In this document: positions 38,701-51,100 of the stretch, piece by piece
Layout of the letters: every line of letters begins with the position of its first letter
Position numbering within the stretch: the first letter of the stretch is position 1
Assembly (NCBI GenBank): GCA_043228905.1
Contig: JBHGNT010000005.1
Coordinates: forward strand, 18,600,001-18,664,000
Source: Azolla caroliniana
Lineage: Eukaryota > Plantae > Polypodiophyta
Direction: 5' to 3'
DNA length: 64,000 nt
Translations under genes and position numbers: made by a program
Notes under the pieces: generated by a model
What the model saw: only the letters and a program-made list of their open reading frames with translations
What the model was told of the DNA's origin: nothing
Database searches by the model: none

Positions 38701-39189
38701 ATGCCAATGGAACGGATGATCCCCTCATGGGCAACGGTCGATTGGAGGGACGAGATGAGCCGGGAGGAGTTGTTGGCCGCGCGTATACGACAACTCGAGC
38801 GGAGACCGGAGGACGTGGAACTGGCTACGGAGAGGCTCCGGGCGGCGAGGGCAAAGAACAAAGCCAGGTTCGACCGAACGCACCGGCTCCGACCGAAGAA
38901 AATCGAAGAAGGTGACTGGGTGCTCGTCTACGACAGCAGCCTCGACAACCAGCACCGAGCCGCACGGAAGTTCGCACGTAGGTGGTTCGGGCCTTACGTG
39001 GTACGGAGCGCCAACGACAACGGGACGTATCATCTGGCGGAACTCGACGGTACGAGAATAGCGATACCCGTGGCCGGGAAGAGGATCAAAGCTTTCAAGA
39101 AGCGGCACGACGACGAACCCGACCCGATTCTCCTGGACAGCAGCGACGACCGATCCGAGGCCGAGGAAGGGCCGGTAGGCGAAGAGTAA
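35692..39189 (+). CDS. pol: RT-RNase H-integrase ORF of element C, in the -1 frame relative to gag-PR
   Basis: Frame is open from the G GAT TTT heptamer at 35692; RT LPQGGTNS/PFLDD, RH VDTSPTGIG, IN H..H..CESC with D,D,E residues, WFGPY; no chromodomain seen. Confidence 0.92.
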   Translation, partial: GFLERTAKAWGRDSPDTPGKPHTCTIKPKKPCTIGREFLFSDSGACTIVGIGGREKRKAEGRLRACGVLGPDEEINGAVEAVSFDDTLGMLGKVVEEGLNEDRTIPVCSEEMYEAIADFGRGLESVRTAHVSTKYKTVDRKVRPVAAPLPEDSASRIKGVASDPSLRDPACIGHTFTDETLRQLTIGGGGFLLPAEEDRFQRMLGRHGKAFAFSPEEIGCVNPTIVEPMVIFTVPHVPWNLKPIPVPRAHIPKLMELLRQKVDMGILEPSSAPYSNRWFTVPKKNGSLRFIQDLQPVNRVTIRNAGIGPTIDEFAEAFAGRSIYSVGDLYSGYDQFQLAVESRDITTMRTPLGLVRMCTLPQGGTNSVAHMVNAMNKVLRDCIPDITMPFLDDIPIKGCPVEEKDETIGPDGCRRFVVTHIDDCEKVLQRLEDARLTFSGEKSAFGQSEIMVVGHLCGPYGRKPSPAKVEAISAMKPDCSSVTEVRRFLGACAFYHIWIPHYAHVAEPLYGLLKRGRRFEWLGEHAESVRKLKEALAAAPALRKAVYGKGTPVFITVDTSPTGIGWVVNQEDEDGNRFPIRFGAKVLSERQRGYAQVKRELWGIVSAVKADKDYLIGTEVIIETDCLPILGMVSGCATPDLAMLRWIAYIKSLDPEIRHISGKDNAMADMLSRARFDDEGGMVSEDEEVGVDFFEAAYMTTDGMSTPALNEFDASKYDGEWLQIGGFLKTMTPDASWTKDEANRIRKKAYRFLLRDGHLWKHPKKRNGVPLRVVAMKEEQEELLAAYHGSPWAGHRGTWATFEKLKGKYWWPGLYRDVHRFVSTCESCQMHSIVRHRDGLRPTYPPTIHFKWMVDLVTMPMGVGQMRYLVLAREDLTNQVEGRALQNKTTAAVCRFLIEDVICRYGCVGKIVADRGELDTEEAAELFDRLGVKLSLTSAYNPEANGKVERGHGPIVKALVRACGGQIGNWPRLLPYALWADRTTHSSVTGYMPTELMFGQKPIMPMERMIPSWATVDWRDEMSREELLAARIRQLERRPEDVELATERLRAARAKNKARFDRTHRLRPKKIEEGDWVLVYDSSLDNQHRAARKFARRWFGPYVVRSANDNGTYHLAELDGTRIAIPVAGKRIKAFKKRHDDEPDPILLDSSDDRSEAEEGPVGEE

Positions 39190-42100
39190 AGGCGGGCCGG
39201 TTTTCTCCGTGCCAACTTAATTTGGCGCATGCCGGTGGATGCGCGGTTAGGTGGGGGCGGATGTCGTGAAGAAAACCGCCCACAAGGGGAATCGGAGGAA
39301 CAAGGCGTGGGGAAACGGCTCTACACGCACACGCGCGCCAAGAAGTACCTAAGGACGAAGTAGGTACATACGAGGATCCTAGGTGGGTAGATTCGGTTGG
39401 TGTGCAGTTAATGCCAAACGGTCTCTGGACGGGATATAAAAGGAAGAGGAAGAATAGAAGTGGGGATCTCGCGCGGAGGGGACGAAGTGCTGCCGAACCG
39501 ATTTCGAAGCTCCTCTCTCACTCCTGCTTTCTCTGTCTTCTGCTACATCGCGTACCTGTGCAGGTTTCGAGGAGGCTTGCGCTGTTCCGTGGAACGCCCC
39601 GAGTGCGTCCTGCAGCACCTCCGACCTGTTTCCCCCTTTCTGTGCGTCGCGTCATACAGGGGTCGGCATCTGATCGCCGCCCTGTTCGTTTTCGTTAGTA
39701 TCTATTCCGTGCCCCACCGTGGGTTGTAATACTTTAGTCTGTTATTTTCTTGCATTCATAAGTACATATCTTTCGTTGTTGCGTCCATCTGCGTTGGCGT
39801 TTATTTGTGATCTCTGTTTGTTGGGCCGTGTCCCTGTGCAATCTTCGGTTCTGTGTAATCGGTTCTCTCTCTCTCTCTCTTGCTCTTCGGTCCAAGACCC
39901 CCGTGGTCCCTCCTCCTTTCTGCACGCAAGGGCGTAGCAACCCCGACACCGCGACATCTTTGTACATTTTCTTCCACCAATATTTTTGCTTGATCTTCAC
40001 AAATGTTGCCCATGTTCCTCGATGTCCAGCCAATCGGATTCGTGAAACTCGGACATTATCCGGTTTTGTTGCTCTTTTGTCCCGACTACTCGAAGTGGTA
40101 TACCATCCGGTCTTTTCGGCGCCCTCCATATTAATCCATTTTCCAAGAAGAACTTTTGGACTTGCCTCTTCTTCCTTCGGATCTCGGCTCTTCTTCCTTT
40201 ATCGTTTGTTGAATCCTCGGCCTCTTGTAACATCTTTCCGATCATCAAGCTTTCTCCCTCGTATTATTCTTCCTGGAATTCTCGGATTACGTTCACTCGG
40301 CATATGTGCTCCGACGCGAAGTAGTCTTCGGAAACTTCTTCATTATCCGATTTGGTTATGTCGTCTCCGAACCGAGCCCTTGATAACATATCCGCTACCG
40401 CGTTGTCCTTCCCCGAGATGTGTCGAACCTCCGGATTAAGCGACTTGACATATGCAACCCACCTTAGCATAGCTACATCCGGTATCGTACAACACCGCAT
40501 CATCCCGAGTATTGGAAGACAATCCGTCTCGATCACCACATCGGCTCTGATCAAATAATCCCGATCCGATTTTATCGCCGACACGACTCCCCACAGTTCT
40601 CTTTTGACTTGTGCATATCCACGTTGCCTTTCGTTGAGAACCTTTGCTCCGAATCGGATCGGATACCGCGAACCATCCGAGTCGGCTTGATTGATGACCC
40701 ACCCGATACCGGTTGGACTTGTATAAACCGTTACTATGATCGGTCGGTCGTAGCTCGGCTTCTTAAGTGCTTCCGCCCTCCGAAGTTTCTTCTTCAATTT
40801 CTTCATGGCTTTGGTGTGTTCCGGTTTCCATTCGAATTTCTTACCTTTCCGCAACAAGTGGTAGAGCGGGTCCACTATATGTGCATAGTGTGGAATCCAT
40901 ATGTGATAGAATGCACATGCACCGAGAAACCTTCGGACTTCGGATGTTGACTCGCATACTTCCTCCATAGCTTGAATCGCATCGATCTTTGTTGGTGACG
41001 GTCTTCGGCCGTAGGGCCCCCATAGATATCCGACCACCAATATTTCTTCTTGCCCGAATGCCGATTTCTCCCTGGAAAGTGTTAGGTGCACATCTTCTAG
41101 CTTTCGCAACACTTTCTCACAATCATGAATATGGTCGACCACGAACTTTCGGCATCCCCGATCATCCATAGTCTCATCTTTTTCTTCTACCGTGCATCCT
41201 TTCATCGGAATGTCATCGAGGAACGACATCGTTATCTCCGAAATGCAGTCTCGAAGCACCTTGTTCATCGCGTTCATCATATGAGCAACCGAGTTTGTCG
41301 CTCCTTGTGGTAGTGTGCACATTCGGACTAATCCTATCGATGTTCGCATGGTTGTGATGTCTCGGCTCTCCACGGCTAGTTGGAATTGGTCATACCCCGA
41401 GTATAGGTCTCCGATGGAGTATATCGCACGACCGGCAAAAGCTTCCGCAAATTCGTCCACTATCGGACCGACTCCCGAGTTCCGGATCGTGACCTTATTC
41501 ACCGGTTGCAAGTCTTGGATAAATCGGAGTGACCCATTCTTCTTCGGAACCGTAAACCATCGATTTGAGTACGGAGCAGTTGATGGCTCTAGAATCCCCA
41601 TCGCCACCTTCTCCTTGAGTAAGTCAATGACTTTCGGAATATGCGCTCGTGGCACCAGAATCGGCTTCAGGTTCCACGGTACATGGTCAATCGTGAAGAT
41701 CACCATCGGCTCCACTATTCTCGGATCGACGCACCCTATCTCCCCTGATGTAAATGCAAACGATTTGCCGTGTTGCTCCAACATCTCGCGAAACCGTTCT
41801 TCTTCTTTTTGTAATAGGAACCCACCTCCACTGATCTGAAGTTTCTTCCGGGTCTCATCCGTGAAGGCATGTCCGATATCCACAGACTTCCGAAGTGTCG
41901 GATCTCCCGAGACTTCTTTCCTCTTTTGTTCGCTATCGGCGGGTAGTGGTCCCGCGGCCGGTTTCACCTTCTTCTCCACGGTCTTGTATTTCGTACTTAC
42001 CATTGCTTCTTCTTTGCGGAGTGTATCCGGCTTCATTTTCGCAATGATCTCGTACATCTCGACCAATTCCACCGGGACTACCCGGTTCCCTTGGCTTTTA

Positions 42101-45100
42101 TCTTCCGCAAGCTCTTCAAGTCGTTGTAGCGTGCTCCCATAGAACACTTCTTCGACTATCCCCATGATTTCTTCATCTTCTTTTATTATTGATGCCGACC
42201 GCAACTTATCCTCCACTTGTCGGTATCCTTTCTTCAATCCTCCGGTTACGGTCGTGTACGTAGATGCCCCATCCGGACCGATTCGTACATGTTTTGCTCC
42301 GAGAGTTTTCTTCCTGTGTGGGGTATCAGGGCTTCTCGGACTATCACTTCCCCACTCCGCAACAGTCTGCTTTAAAAATCCATTCTCACTTGGGACAAGA
42401 GTTCCCTCTTGTTCCTTTCGTGATTTGCCGGCACCGTTAGGAATTGGACGGATTTCCCACCATTTTGGCTCCGAATTCGCGCAAAAGCCGCACCGCTATC
42501 GAGCACCTTCATCTCCATCCGTGATGCCGTGATAAAAGGTTGGCCGAGGATGACGGAATGTGAAACCTCATCTTGCACGAAGAAATTTTGGTCGATCTCA
42601 ACATCCCCGATCTTCACCGTCACATCCGGACAAGCCGCAAATAGATCTTCCATTGCTTTGGTGACCGCCCGAATCTTCCATCCATGGTTGGTGTTAATAG
42701 GCCACTTCCCCTTCCGGTAGAACTCCTTGGACATCAAGTTGATCTCCAATCCGTGATCAATCAATGCTAGCACGGGTTCTTTGATGTTGCCGATTCGGAC
42801 CAGAGTCTCCGTAGTCGCGCGTGCCCAATGTGGCCTTGTATAGTGGGAGTTCGGAATTTTGTCCTCCACTTCGGTGTCGTTCATTAAAACGGTGTTCGCA
42901 TTCACCCTTGGAGCATTTTCCTCCATACTTTGTCTTTTTCACTTCACGAGATCCACGAGAAGATCGTGGAACTACTTCTTTGCTATCCCGAGTAGCTCCT
43001 GAAGCGAGAAATCTACCCGGCTATCCAAGATTCTTTCCTCGAACACTCTTTTCAAGTCGGTTTGTTGTTCTATGTCCGAGGCGAGCTTGAATGCCGGAGT
43101 CGCCTTTTCTTTTCCCTTACCTCCGGAGTTCCAGCTTTCCGGTATCTTCGATGGCCCGGCCGCATCCTCCATGCATCGTCGTTTCTCGTCCACATACACC
43201 TCATGCAATTGACACAGGGCATATACGCTATTCTTGTCGACAGGGGACTCCCATCCCGTAGCTTCCCGGACGCTTTCCGCGGTGCTTCGGATCTCGTTGG
43301 AGTCGGTTTTCTCGGTGTTTTCTAGAACTTCTGGCCAAAAAGACGTCTTTGCTCTCGATGACTCCCCGACACATATTCCCGTGGTTGTCGCATAGTCGCT
43401 TCTTGCCGCCAATTCCTCCTTGAGCACCTTCTTCATGCCGCCTTTCCGGAAGTTCGGTCGGAATGGCTTCTAAGAGTCCATCGAATGAATCCGGTTTCCC
43501 TCGTAGTAGATGAGATCCCGCCGTAGCGCCTCCTTATGCTCGTCGCAATCCCTCCGATCGTGTTCGGCACTATCGCACCATATGCACCGTCGGTCCGTAT
43601 ACTTGGAGCTTGTGGGGCGGTCATCTGACTTCTTCACCATCGCAATCTTCAGATTCTCCATCCCCTTCAATAGTTGCTCCACCGTAGATGCATCAATCCC
43701 CTTCTCGGTTGTAGTCTCCCGAGCCCTCGGTTGATGGTCTTCCAATCCGGTTCTCGGTTTCGGAATCGGGTCCGAAACCCTCTTTTCCTCGTTGGCAAGC
43801 CATTGCCCCCTCTTCGTGTATTGCACGATGATATCCCGCACGCTTTCCCATGTTTCGGTGAGGCCACTCTCCGTGGTCGTGTCCTCCAAGAGCACTCCGA
43901 GATCTTTCTGGTCCCGAACGTCCACGGCTCGCAAGAACATGATCACCTTGTCCGGTATGAGGATAGCTTGATCTCTCGCGGACAACCTCCCGAACCGGCT
44001 TTCGAGTGCCGAAAACACATCAATGACCTTCAATCCCTTGTCCGGCGTCTCCACCCAATCTTCGAATCCCCTTCGCGTCGCCTTGGAGGAATCCTCGATG
44101 GCGAACTTCCTCTTTAGCTCTTCTTCAAACGCCTCCCATGTCGGATTTTGCTGTCGTAGCCCTTGGATGCTTGCTTGAAGCCCGTCGGTCGCCACCCAGT
44201 TGAAGGACGTCACTTGCAGTCCTTCTGATATTCCGCACCGTAGCATCTCCGCCTTGTAGTCCCGAAGATACCGCGACACGTCTTTCCCGTTGAATTGCCC
44301 GTTTCGTTGCACGAGCCGTTCCACTGATGCCGCTATCTCCGACACCGCGCGTTGTTCTTGTAGCATGCGCTCGAACATCATCATCATGTTGCTAGCCTCC
44401 GATTGATTTTGCATCTCCTTGCCACCCGGTCTTCACGTCAGGTTCACCAACTGTGTCGTGCCTTTCGGCTTCGGATCGTTGCGTGAGTCGGGTGGGAACC
44501 GCCGAGGTTTTGGACTAGGAGGAAGAGGAATACAACTTAAGGCTAGCTATGAATAGTAGAAAGAGAAGTAAGATAGCAATCTCGTGAATCCCACGAGTTT
44601 AGTGTATTTAAAACAATATTTAGATTATAAGAGTAATTTAGATGGCAAAATTCGTGAATCCCACGAATATATTAGATTGATCAATCCTTGTATATTAATC
44701 AACAACCTTATACATATTTCTCTCCTCCTTATATAAAGATGGAAGAGGCTAAGCATGGCTTCATGCCTTTTTCACCAAAAGTGTCCATGCACACTAAATG
44801 TGCATGTGATGCTTTGTCATTTCCTAAATATAGGGCTCATGCACGCTAGATGTGCATGAGTCACTTTTAATGTCACGTGTAAATAAAATATTCACACCCT
44901 AAAGAATACATGATTTTTACCTTTTAATAAAGGTATGTGTAAATAAAGGTCTTATACGTATTAAATCTATATGTATAACACTAAAGATACGTTATTACAA
45001 TGGTAAAGTTGAGGTTTATCTACGTGGAGGTGCAAGGTTCGAATCCTACTCTATGCACGTGATAAATATTTTGATATATTATTTATTTATTTATATGTAT

Positions 45101-48100
45101 CTAAAATCGGATATATTATTCTATGGTTTTCACGTAGTGTGTGGAATACACTACGACACCGCGTGTGGTCGTCGATGAAGGAGACGAAATATCGGCTCCC
45201 GCCAAGACTAACGTTTTGTGCCGGCCCCCATACATCGGAGTGTATAAGGTCGAGCTTATTCCGGCTTTGGTTTTTCTCGTTGGGGAAAGGAAGTCGGTGT
45301 TGCTTCCCGAGCTGGCAGGCTTCACAAATTTGTGCCTTTCGGCCGCTAAATTTGGGCAATCCGAACACTACCTGTTTTGAATGCAGATCTTGAAGCCGTT
45401 GGTAGTTGACGTGGCCTATCCGCTTATGCCACAAGTCGATGTTCGACTCGGTTTTTCTTCCCTTCGCGAACATTGCGGTGCCGCCGTCAGTGGAGTCGAG
45501 GATGAACATCCTCCCGTCTCTGCGCCCTTGCACAATCACACGACCTTCTTCCTCAATGAAGCACCCGAGGTGTGTAAACCGAACCTCCATCCCTTGGTCG
45601 ACGATCTGTCCGACTGAGACCAAGTTCTTCGCGATTGTCGGAACGTGCAACACGTTCATGAGTTTCCCTTTCTGCCCGACATGGCTAAGGGGAACTTCTC
45701 CGACATTCGCGATCGGATGTGGAGTGTCGTCTCCAGTTGTGACTACTCCAGGTTGTATCGGTTTTTCAAGGTACGAGAACCACTCCTTATGGCTCGTCAT
45801 GTGGTTTGACGCGCCGGAGTCTACGTACCACACCTCGTTCGATCTCGGGGTGATCCGTTTCATTGACTTTGCTTCGTGTCTCGTCAGGAAGGCAGACCCT
45901 TCTCTGGTTCTCCCGGAGTCTTCGGCGTAGTGTGATCGCTGCCGATTTCCCTTGTAGGTATGTCCGGAGCCGTTTCTGGAACCGGTTCTCTCCGAATCGG
46001 CGCGCTTCTTCCAACACTCACTTTCCCTGTGGCCTTTCTTGCCACAGTACTAGCACTCCGCGATGGCCTTCCCTTGCCGGTTCTCATCGCTTCGACTCCC
46101 CCAGTTTCCGGAGTGTCCGAAGTTGCTGTCGTCATCACTTCGGTGCCTTCTTCCTAGATCTCGTCGGCCGCCTCCATTGCGCGCCGGCTCGCCTCGTTCT
46201 CCACGTCCACGGGGCCTATCTCCCTCAGTGTACAACATTTTGCTGTCGGTGTGCGTGCTTGTAGACGCACCCGCGTGGTTCTCCTCTACCAGGAGCATTG
46301 ACTGTAAGTCGAAAAAGGACGGCGTATTCTCCCGGGTACACACAACCGTCCGGAACGCTTCGAACTTCGACGCCAAACCTCCGAGACAGATCTGGACCAT
46401 CTCGCTCTCCTCGATGTTCACCTCTATGGAGGCGAGGGAGTCGCAGATATCCTTGATCTTCGAGGTATAGTCCGCCATCGACAAGTCGCGTTGTCGTAGG
46501 TTGCTCAACTCCTGTCGGAGCTGAAGCTTCCTGGCTGTGGTGCTCGCGGCGAAGATCTTCTTCAGATTTTCCCACGCACCCTTCGGCGTCTTTGCATCCC
46601 GAACATAGCTCAATAGCTGTTCGCCCACACACGACGCGAAGCAGTATAATACCCTACTCGCCGATTGCTCCCACGACGGGAAGTCTCTGTGTGTCGATTC
46701 GGGTGCTGCGTCATTAGCTCCTTCGACATAACTCCAGTAGCCGTGCCCGAGCAGGTACTGGTGCATCTTGTAAGACCAAGACGCGTAGTTGGTTCTGTCG
46801 AGCTTCTCTGCTGGAAGCGAGCTCGCCATGCCTCTATCCATCGTTCTTCTTGTTCTTCTTCGTCAAGCTGTGTTGGCTGCAGAGAGGTTCTCAACCCTCG
46901 CGCTCTAATACCATGTAAAAAGTAACGTGCGGAAGCAAATATGAAGACCGAACAGAAGGAAGAAAACTCAGGTTTAATGGAGAGCTTGAGCTTACGCAGT
47001 ATACACAGGAGAGAGAAAACACAAGAACTATCTTTTTTGAAAAGATCTCGATTCACTACCATATACATATGTGTGTTCCATGAACACTTTTATACAAGTC
47101 TTCGAAGGACTGACCGAAGTACTGACCGTACTTCAATGCTCTTTAAGAGCTCCTACACTAACTCCCAAATATATTCCTCACGTAATATCTTTCCTAACGG
47201 CCTCCCGGTTTACGCACTCGGCCTAACCGATCGGTCCCAACCGATCCGGTCCTCGGCTTCTTCAGCCGATCCATCCGATGTTGAGCTTGTCTCTCAACAG
47301 TTTCCTTCCCCTGTTCTCATTCGGTTATTTCTCGGTCCAAGGCCCCCGTGGTCCCGCCTCGTTCTCCACGCACGTGCGTAACAACGCGACATATTTGGTG
47401 AACCTGACGTGAACAGGCAGCAGAGGAATAGAAAGATGAGAGGGTTGGATCTTGCATAAGCCATGGCTTCGGTTGTGGATCGGATAGTGAGTGTGCGCGA
47501 AGGCACAGGCACCCTCGATAGGGCTATTGAAGCAGTCGTCGGCACGATAGGCCGGTTCGGTGGGAAGGACGCCACGAGCTATTTGGAGGCTTACTGAGCC
47601 GAAATGGTGATGAGGGACATCCCGGAGGACAGGTGACTGGCAGGATTCCCTTGGGTGGCGATGCCGGGCATGCACGCGGAGGTGCTTGAGGTACGGGCTG
47701 AGAGTCAGACCTGGGAAGAGTTTGAAGGTCGGCTCCTTGAAAAATACGGGCTTGATAACGCGCTTCGGCTCTCAAAGCGGGACTTCATGGAATCGGTGGA
47801 GACCCCCGAAAAGGGGAGAAACGCGTCGGTGCTCCTTCGGGAGTTTGAAGAACACTTCGCACGTCTTTCGGCACTGGACCGGACCGTACTGGACACAAGT
47901 CGTGTCCTATTGTTCGTTAAATTGGTGGACGTAAGGGACCTGGAGCAAGTGGGCTTCCTGTTAGAGACTGATGACGGCCTAACAACCGACTGGGCCATGG
48001 TAAAGAGGGTCTGCGGCCGTTTTGACAAATGGCGTGAATGGGTTGATAAAGGCTTGACGGGGGCAGGTTCTATTGTGACAAGGAAGGTTGAGGTACCCCC

Positions 48101-51100
48101 ACCGGCGCGAAGGGAAGAGAACCGAGACTGGCTCGAGACCAGCTCGACCTCGATCAACATGGTCAAGGGCTCGTCCGGAGGAGCGGCTCTAGAGGAGCTG
48201 ACTCAGATGGTGAGGGACCTCCAGATTGCACAAGCACGGAGGGACGACGGCAAATAAGTCTGTGACCGAAGGCCTCCGACTGGGAACCAGTGCTTGTGGT
48301 GCGACGCGGTCGGCCATGCTCGAAAGGACTGCGGGGACTTCGCCGAAGCGATAAGAGCTAACGTGGTGTACCTATGGAACGGTCAGGTGCACGCTAGCGA
48401 GACTCGAAGGGCCCTGAATCTGAATGTCGGAGAGCGGGTATGAAACGGCTGATGGAAGAAGCGGCAACTTGCCACGCGGAGACCGTCCACTACTCGGCGT
48501 CAGCTGGAATTTGGGTCAGAAGTGATGAAGTCTGGAAGACGAAGGAAGCCAGATTCTATCCGTTGATGTTGGAAGGCCTTGTCGGCGTACGACTGAAGAA
48601 AGAGGAAGCGGACCACGCGGAAAGACGGGTCCGGGAGGCAATTGGGTGGAGTGACCCGGTCGAAGAGAAGATGGGCTTCGTTGAAGCCGCTTGCCAAAGC
48701 TACGAGGTTCTGGTGGAGGACAAGCGTGCGGGTAAGACCGGAGGGGTCGGACCCTCACAATGGTATGAGACCCGGGTTGGGCAAAGGCAGAATGATGCCG
48801 GTGCGACCGACGCACTGGATAAAGCCAAGAGGGCCGCGTACCGATTGAGCACGGAGATCGAGAGGACCACGAACGTATCCTCGATAGCAAAGTGGAGCTG
48901 TCACTAAGGGAAGTGCTCGGAATCGCCATTGTGAACTTGGTGAAGCGGAAAAGGCTTTCGATAGAGCCAGAGCTGGAGAAGCTGGTGGAGGTGCGAACGC
49001 CGCACCTAGAAGACATGGCTCTAGAAGACGAGTTGGCGGAGAGCCACTATTCAAGGCCACATTGGGCCAGAGCAACCACGGAGACCCCCATTAAGATCGT
49101 AGATGTTCAGGAGCCGGTGGTGGCGTTGGTGGACCACGGCTTAGAAATCAAATTGATGTCCATGGACTTCTAGAAGAAGGGGAAGTGGCCAATCAACACC
49201 AAGCACGGGTGGAAAATATGCGTCACGGAAGAGCTGCATGGAGCCTGCCCGAATGTACAAGTGAAAATCGGTGATGTTGAGATCGATCAACACTTCTTCG
49301 TGCAGGAGATGTCCTCGCTCACAGCTGGTTATACTCGGGGAACCGTAAATCACACAGCACGGATGGAGACAAAGGTGCTAGACAACGGTTCGGCATATGC
49401 ACGAGTCAAGAGCCAGGATGGGCGTCACTCGGTCCAGTTCCTGACAGTGCGACTGAACCATGAGCGTAACCACGAGACCCTCAGTGGCGAAAACCGAGGG
49501 GATTTTTAGAGAGGGCTACGATAGTCCAAACACCTTGGAAAAACCCTATAGATGTACTATAGGCAAAAAGACCTGCACCATAGGTAGGAAATTTTGGTTC
49601 TCCGATAGTGGAGGTTGTACGATAGCCGGCGTAGTTGGCCAGGAAAAGAAGCGGGTGGAGGAGTGACTTCGGGCATGCGGAGTCCTCGGCCCTGAAGAGG
49701 ATATCAATAGAGCCGTGGGGGCGGTCTCTTTCAATGACACCTTAGGGAAGTTATGGGAGGTGTTCGGAGAAGGCCTTAATGAGGACCGGACGATTCCGGT
49801 ATGTTCGGAAAGGATGTACGAAGTCATCGCCTACTTCGGTAATGGACTCGAGTCGGATCGGACAGCCCAAGTGGATACAAAGTACAAGACTGTGGACTGG
49901 AAGGTGAGGCCAGTTGCGACACCCTTGCCGGAGGGTAGCGAGTTACGGATAAAGGGGGTCGCGTCGGACCCAAGTTTATGAGATCTGGCCAGCATAGGAC
50001 ACACGTTCACTGACATAACGCTACAGGAGCTCAAGATTGGTGGGGGTGGCTTTCTACAACCGGAGGAAGAGGACTGGTTTCGGAGAATGCTCAGGAGGCA
50101 CGGGAAGGCGTTCGCATTCTCACCGGACGAGATCGGGTGCGTAGACCTGACGGTTGTGGAACCAATGGTGATCTTCACGGTACCACATGTGCCGTAGAAT
50201 CTCAAACCGATTTCGGTACCCAGAGCTCATATCCCAAAGCTGATGGAGCTGCTGAAATAGAAGGTGCAGATGGGCATCCTCGAACCATCAAGTGCCCCAT
50301 ACTCGAATCGGTGGTTTACCATGCCAAAGAAGAACGGCACGTTGCGCTTTATTCAAGACCTGCAACCGGTCAAGTGACCATTCGGAACGCAGGAATCAGA
50401 CCGACCATAGACGAATTCACGGAGGCCTTCGCCGGAAGGTCGATTTACTCAATCAGTGATTTGTACTCGGGGTACGATCAGTTCCAACTAGCCGTGGAGA
50501 GCAGGGACATTACGACGATGCAGACTCCTCTCAGCCTAGTGCGGATGTGTACCCTCCTGCAAGGAGGGATGAACTCGGTAGCCCACATGGTGAACGCAAT
50601 GAACAAAGTGCTGAGGGATCGTATCCCTGGCATCACCATGCCGTTCTTAGACGACATCCCAATCAAAGGATGCCTGGTGGAGGAAAAGGACGAGACAATC
50701 AGACCAGACGGATGTCGGAAATTCGTGGCGGCTCACGTCAATGACTGCGAGAAGGTATTGCAAAGACTAGAAGGTGCGAGGCTCACCTTCTCCGGGGAAA
50801 AATCGGCCTTCGGGCAGTCGGAGATCATGGTTGTCTGACACCTATGCGGGCCATACGGTCGGAAACCGTCTCCGGCCAAGGTGGAGGCCATCTCCGCGAT
50901 GAAGCAAGACTGCAATTCGGTTATGGAGGTTCGGAGATTCCAGGGAGCATGTGCGTTCTACCATATCTGGATCCCGCATTACGGCCACGTCGCGGAGCCG
51001 TTCTATGGGTTGTTGAAGAAAGGGCGAAAATTTGAGTGGAGAGATGAGCATACAAAGTCGGTCCGGAAGATGAAAGAAGCACTTGCCGCGGCACCGACGC

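Larger units (their letters stand above)
32845..39948 (+). mobile_element. Intact, very young Ty3/Gypsy element C (7.1 kb)
   Basis: 687-bp LTRs at 32845-33531 and 39262-39948 (2 mismatches seen); TSD CCGC; PBS at 33535-33552; PPT before 39262; two uninterrupted ORFs. Confidence 0.97.
30971..45158 (-). mobile_element. Ty3/Gypsy element E, inserted in the Copia M integrase and split by C
   Basis: 705-bp LTRs at 30971-31675 and 44454-45158 (~6 mismatches by eye); TSD CCGC; PBS TGGTGAACCTGACGTGAA; gag 44414-, CIWCDSAEHDRRDC knuckle, PR IDHGLE (42926-42372), RT/RH 42237-40264, IN split at 39949/32844. Confidence 0.95.
27425..47299 (-). mobile_element. Ty1/Copia element M, inserted in the 5' LTR of B and itself split by E
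   Basis: 386-bp LTRs at 27425-27810 and 46914-47299 (~14 mismatches by eye); 5-bp TSD GTTTC; PBS TGGTATTAGAGC (tRNA-iMet type); PPT TGAGGGGGAG; gag 46841-46050, PR (WYVDSGAS)/IN 45863-45159, IN 30970-29800, RT/RH (LYVDD) 29799-27805; premature stops at 46050 and 29800. Confidence 0.95.

Noticed and set aside
33730-39269. Long antisense and alternative-frame ORFs inside C (also in E, F and M)
   Set aside because: Shadow ORFs expected in GC-rich coding DNA; no motifs, and their boundaries differ between paralogous elements.
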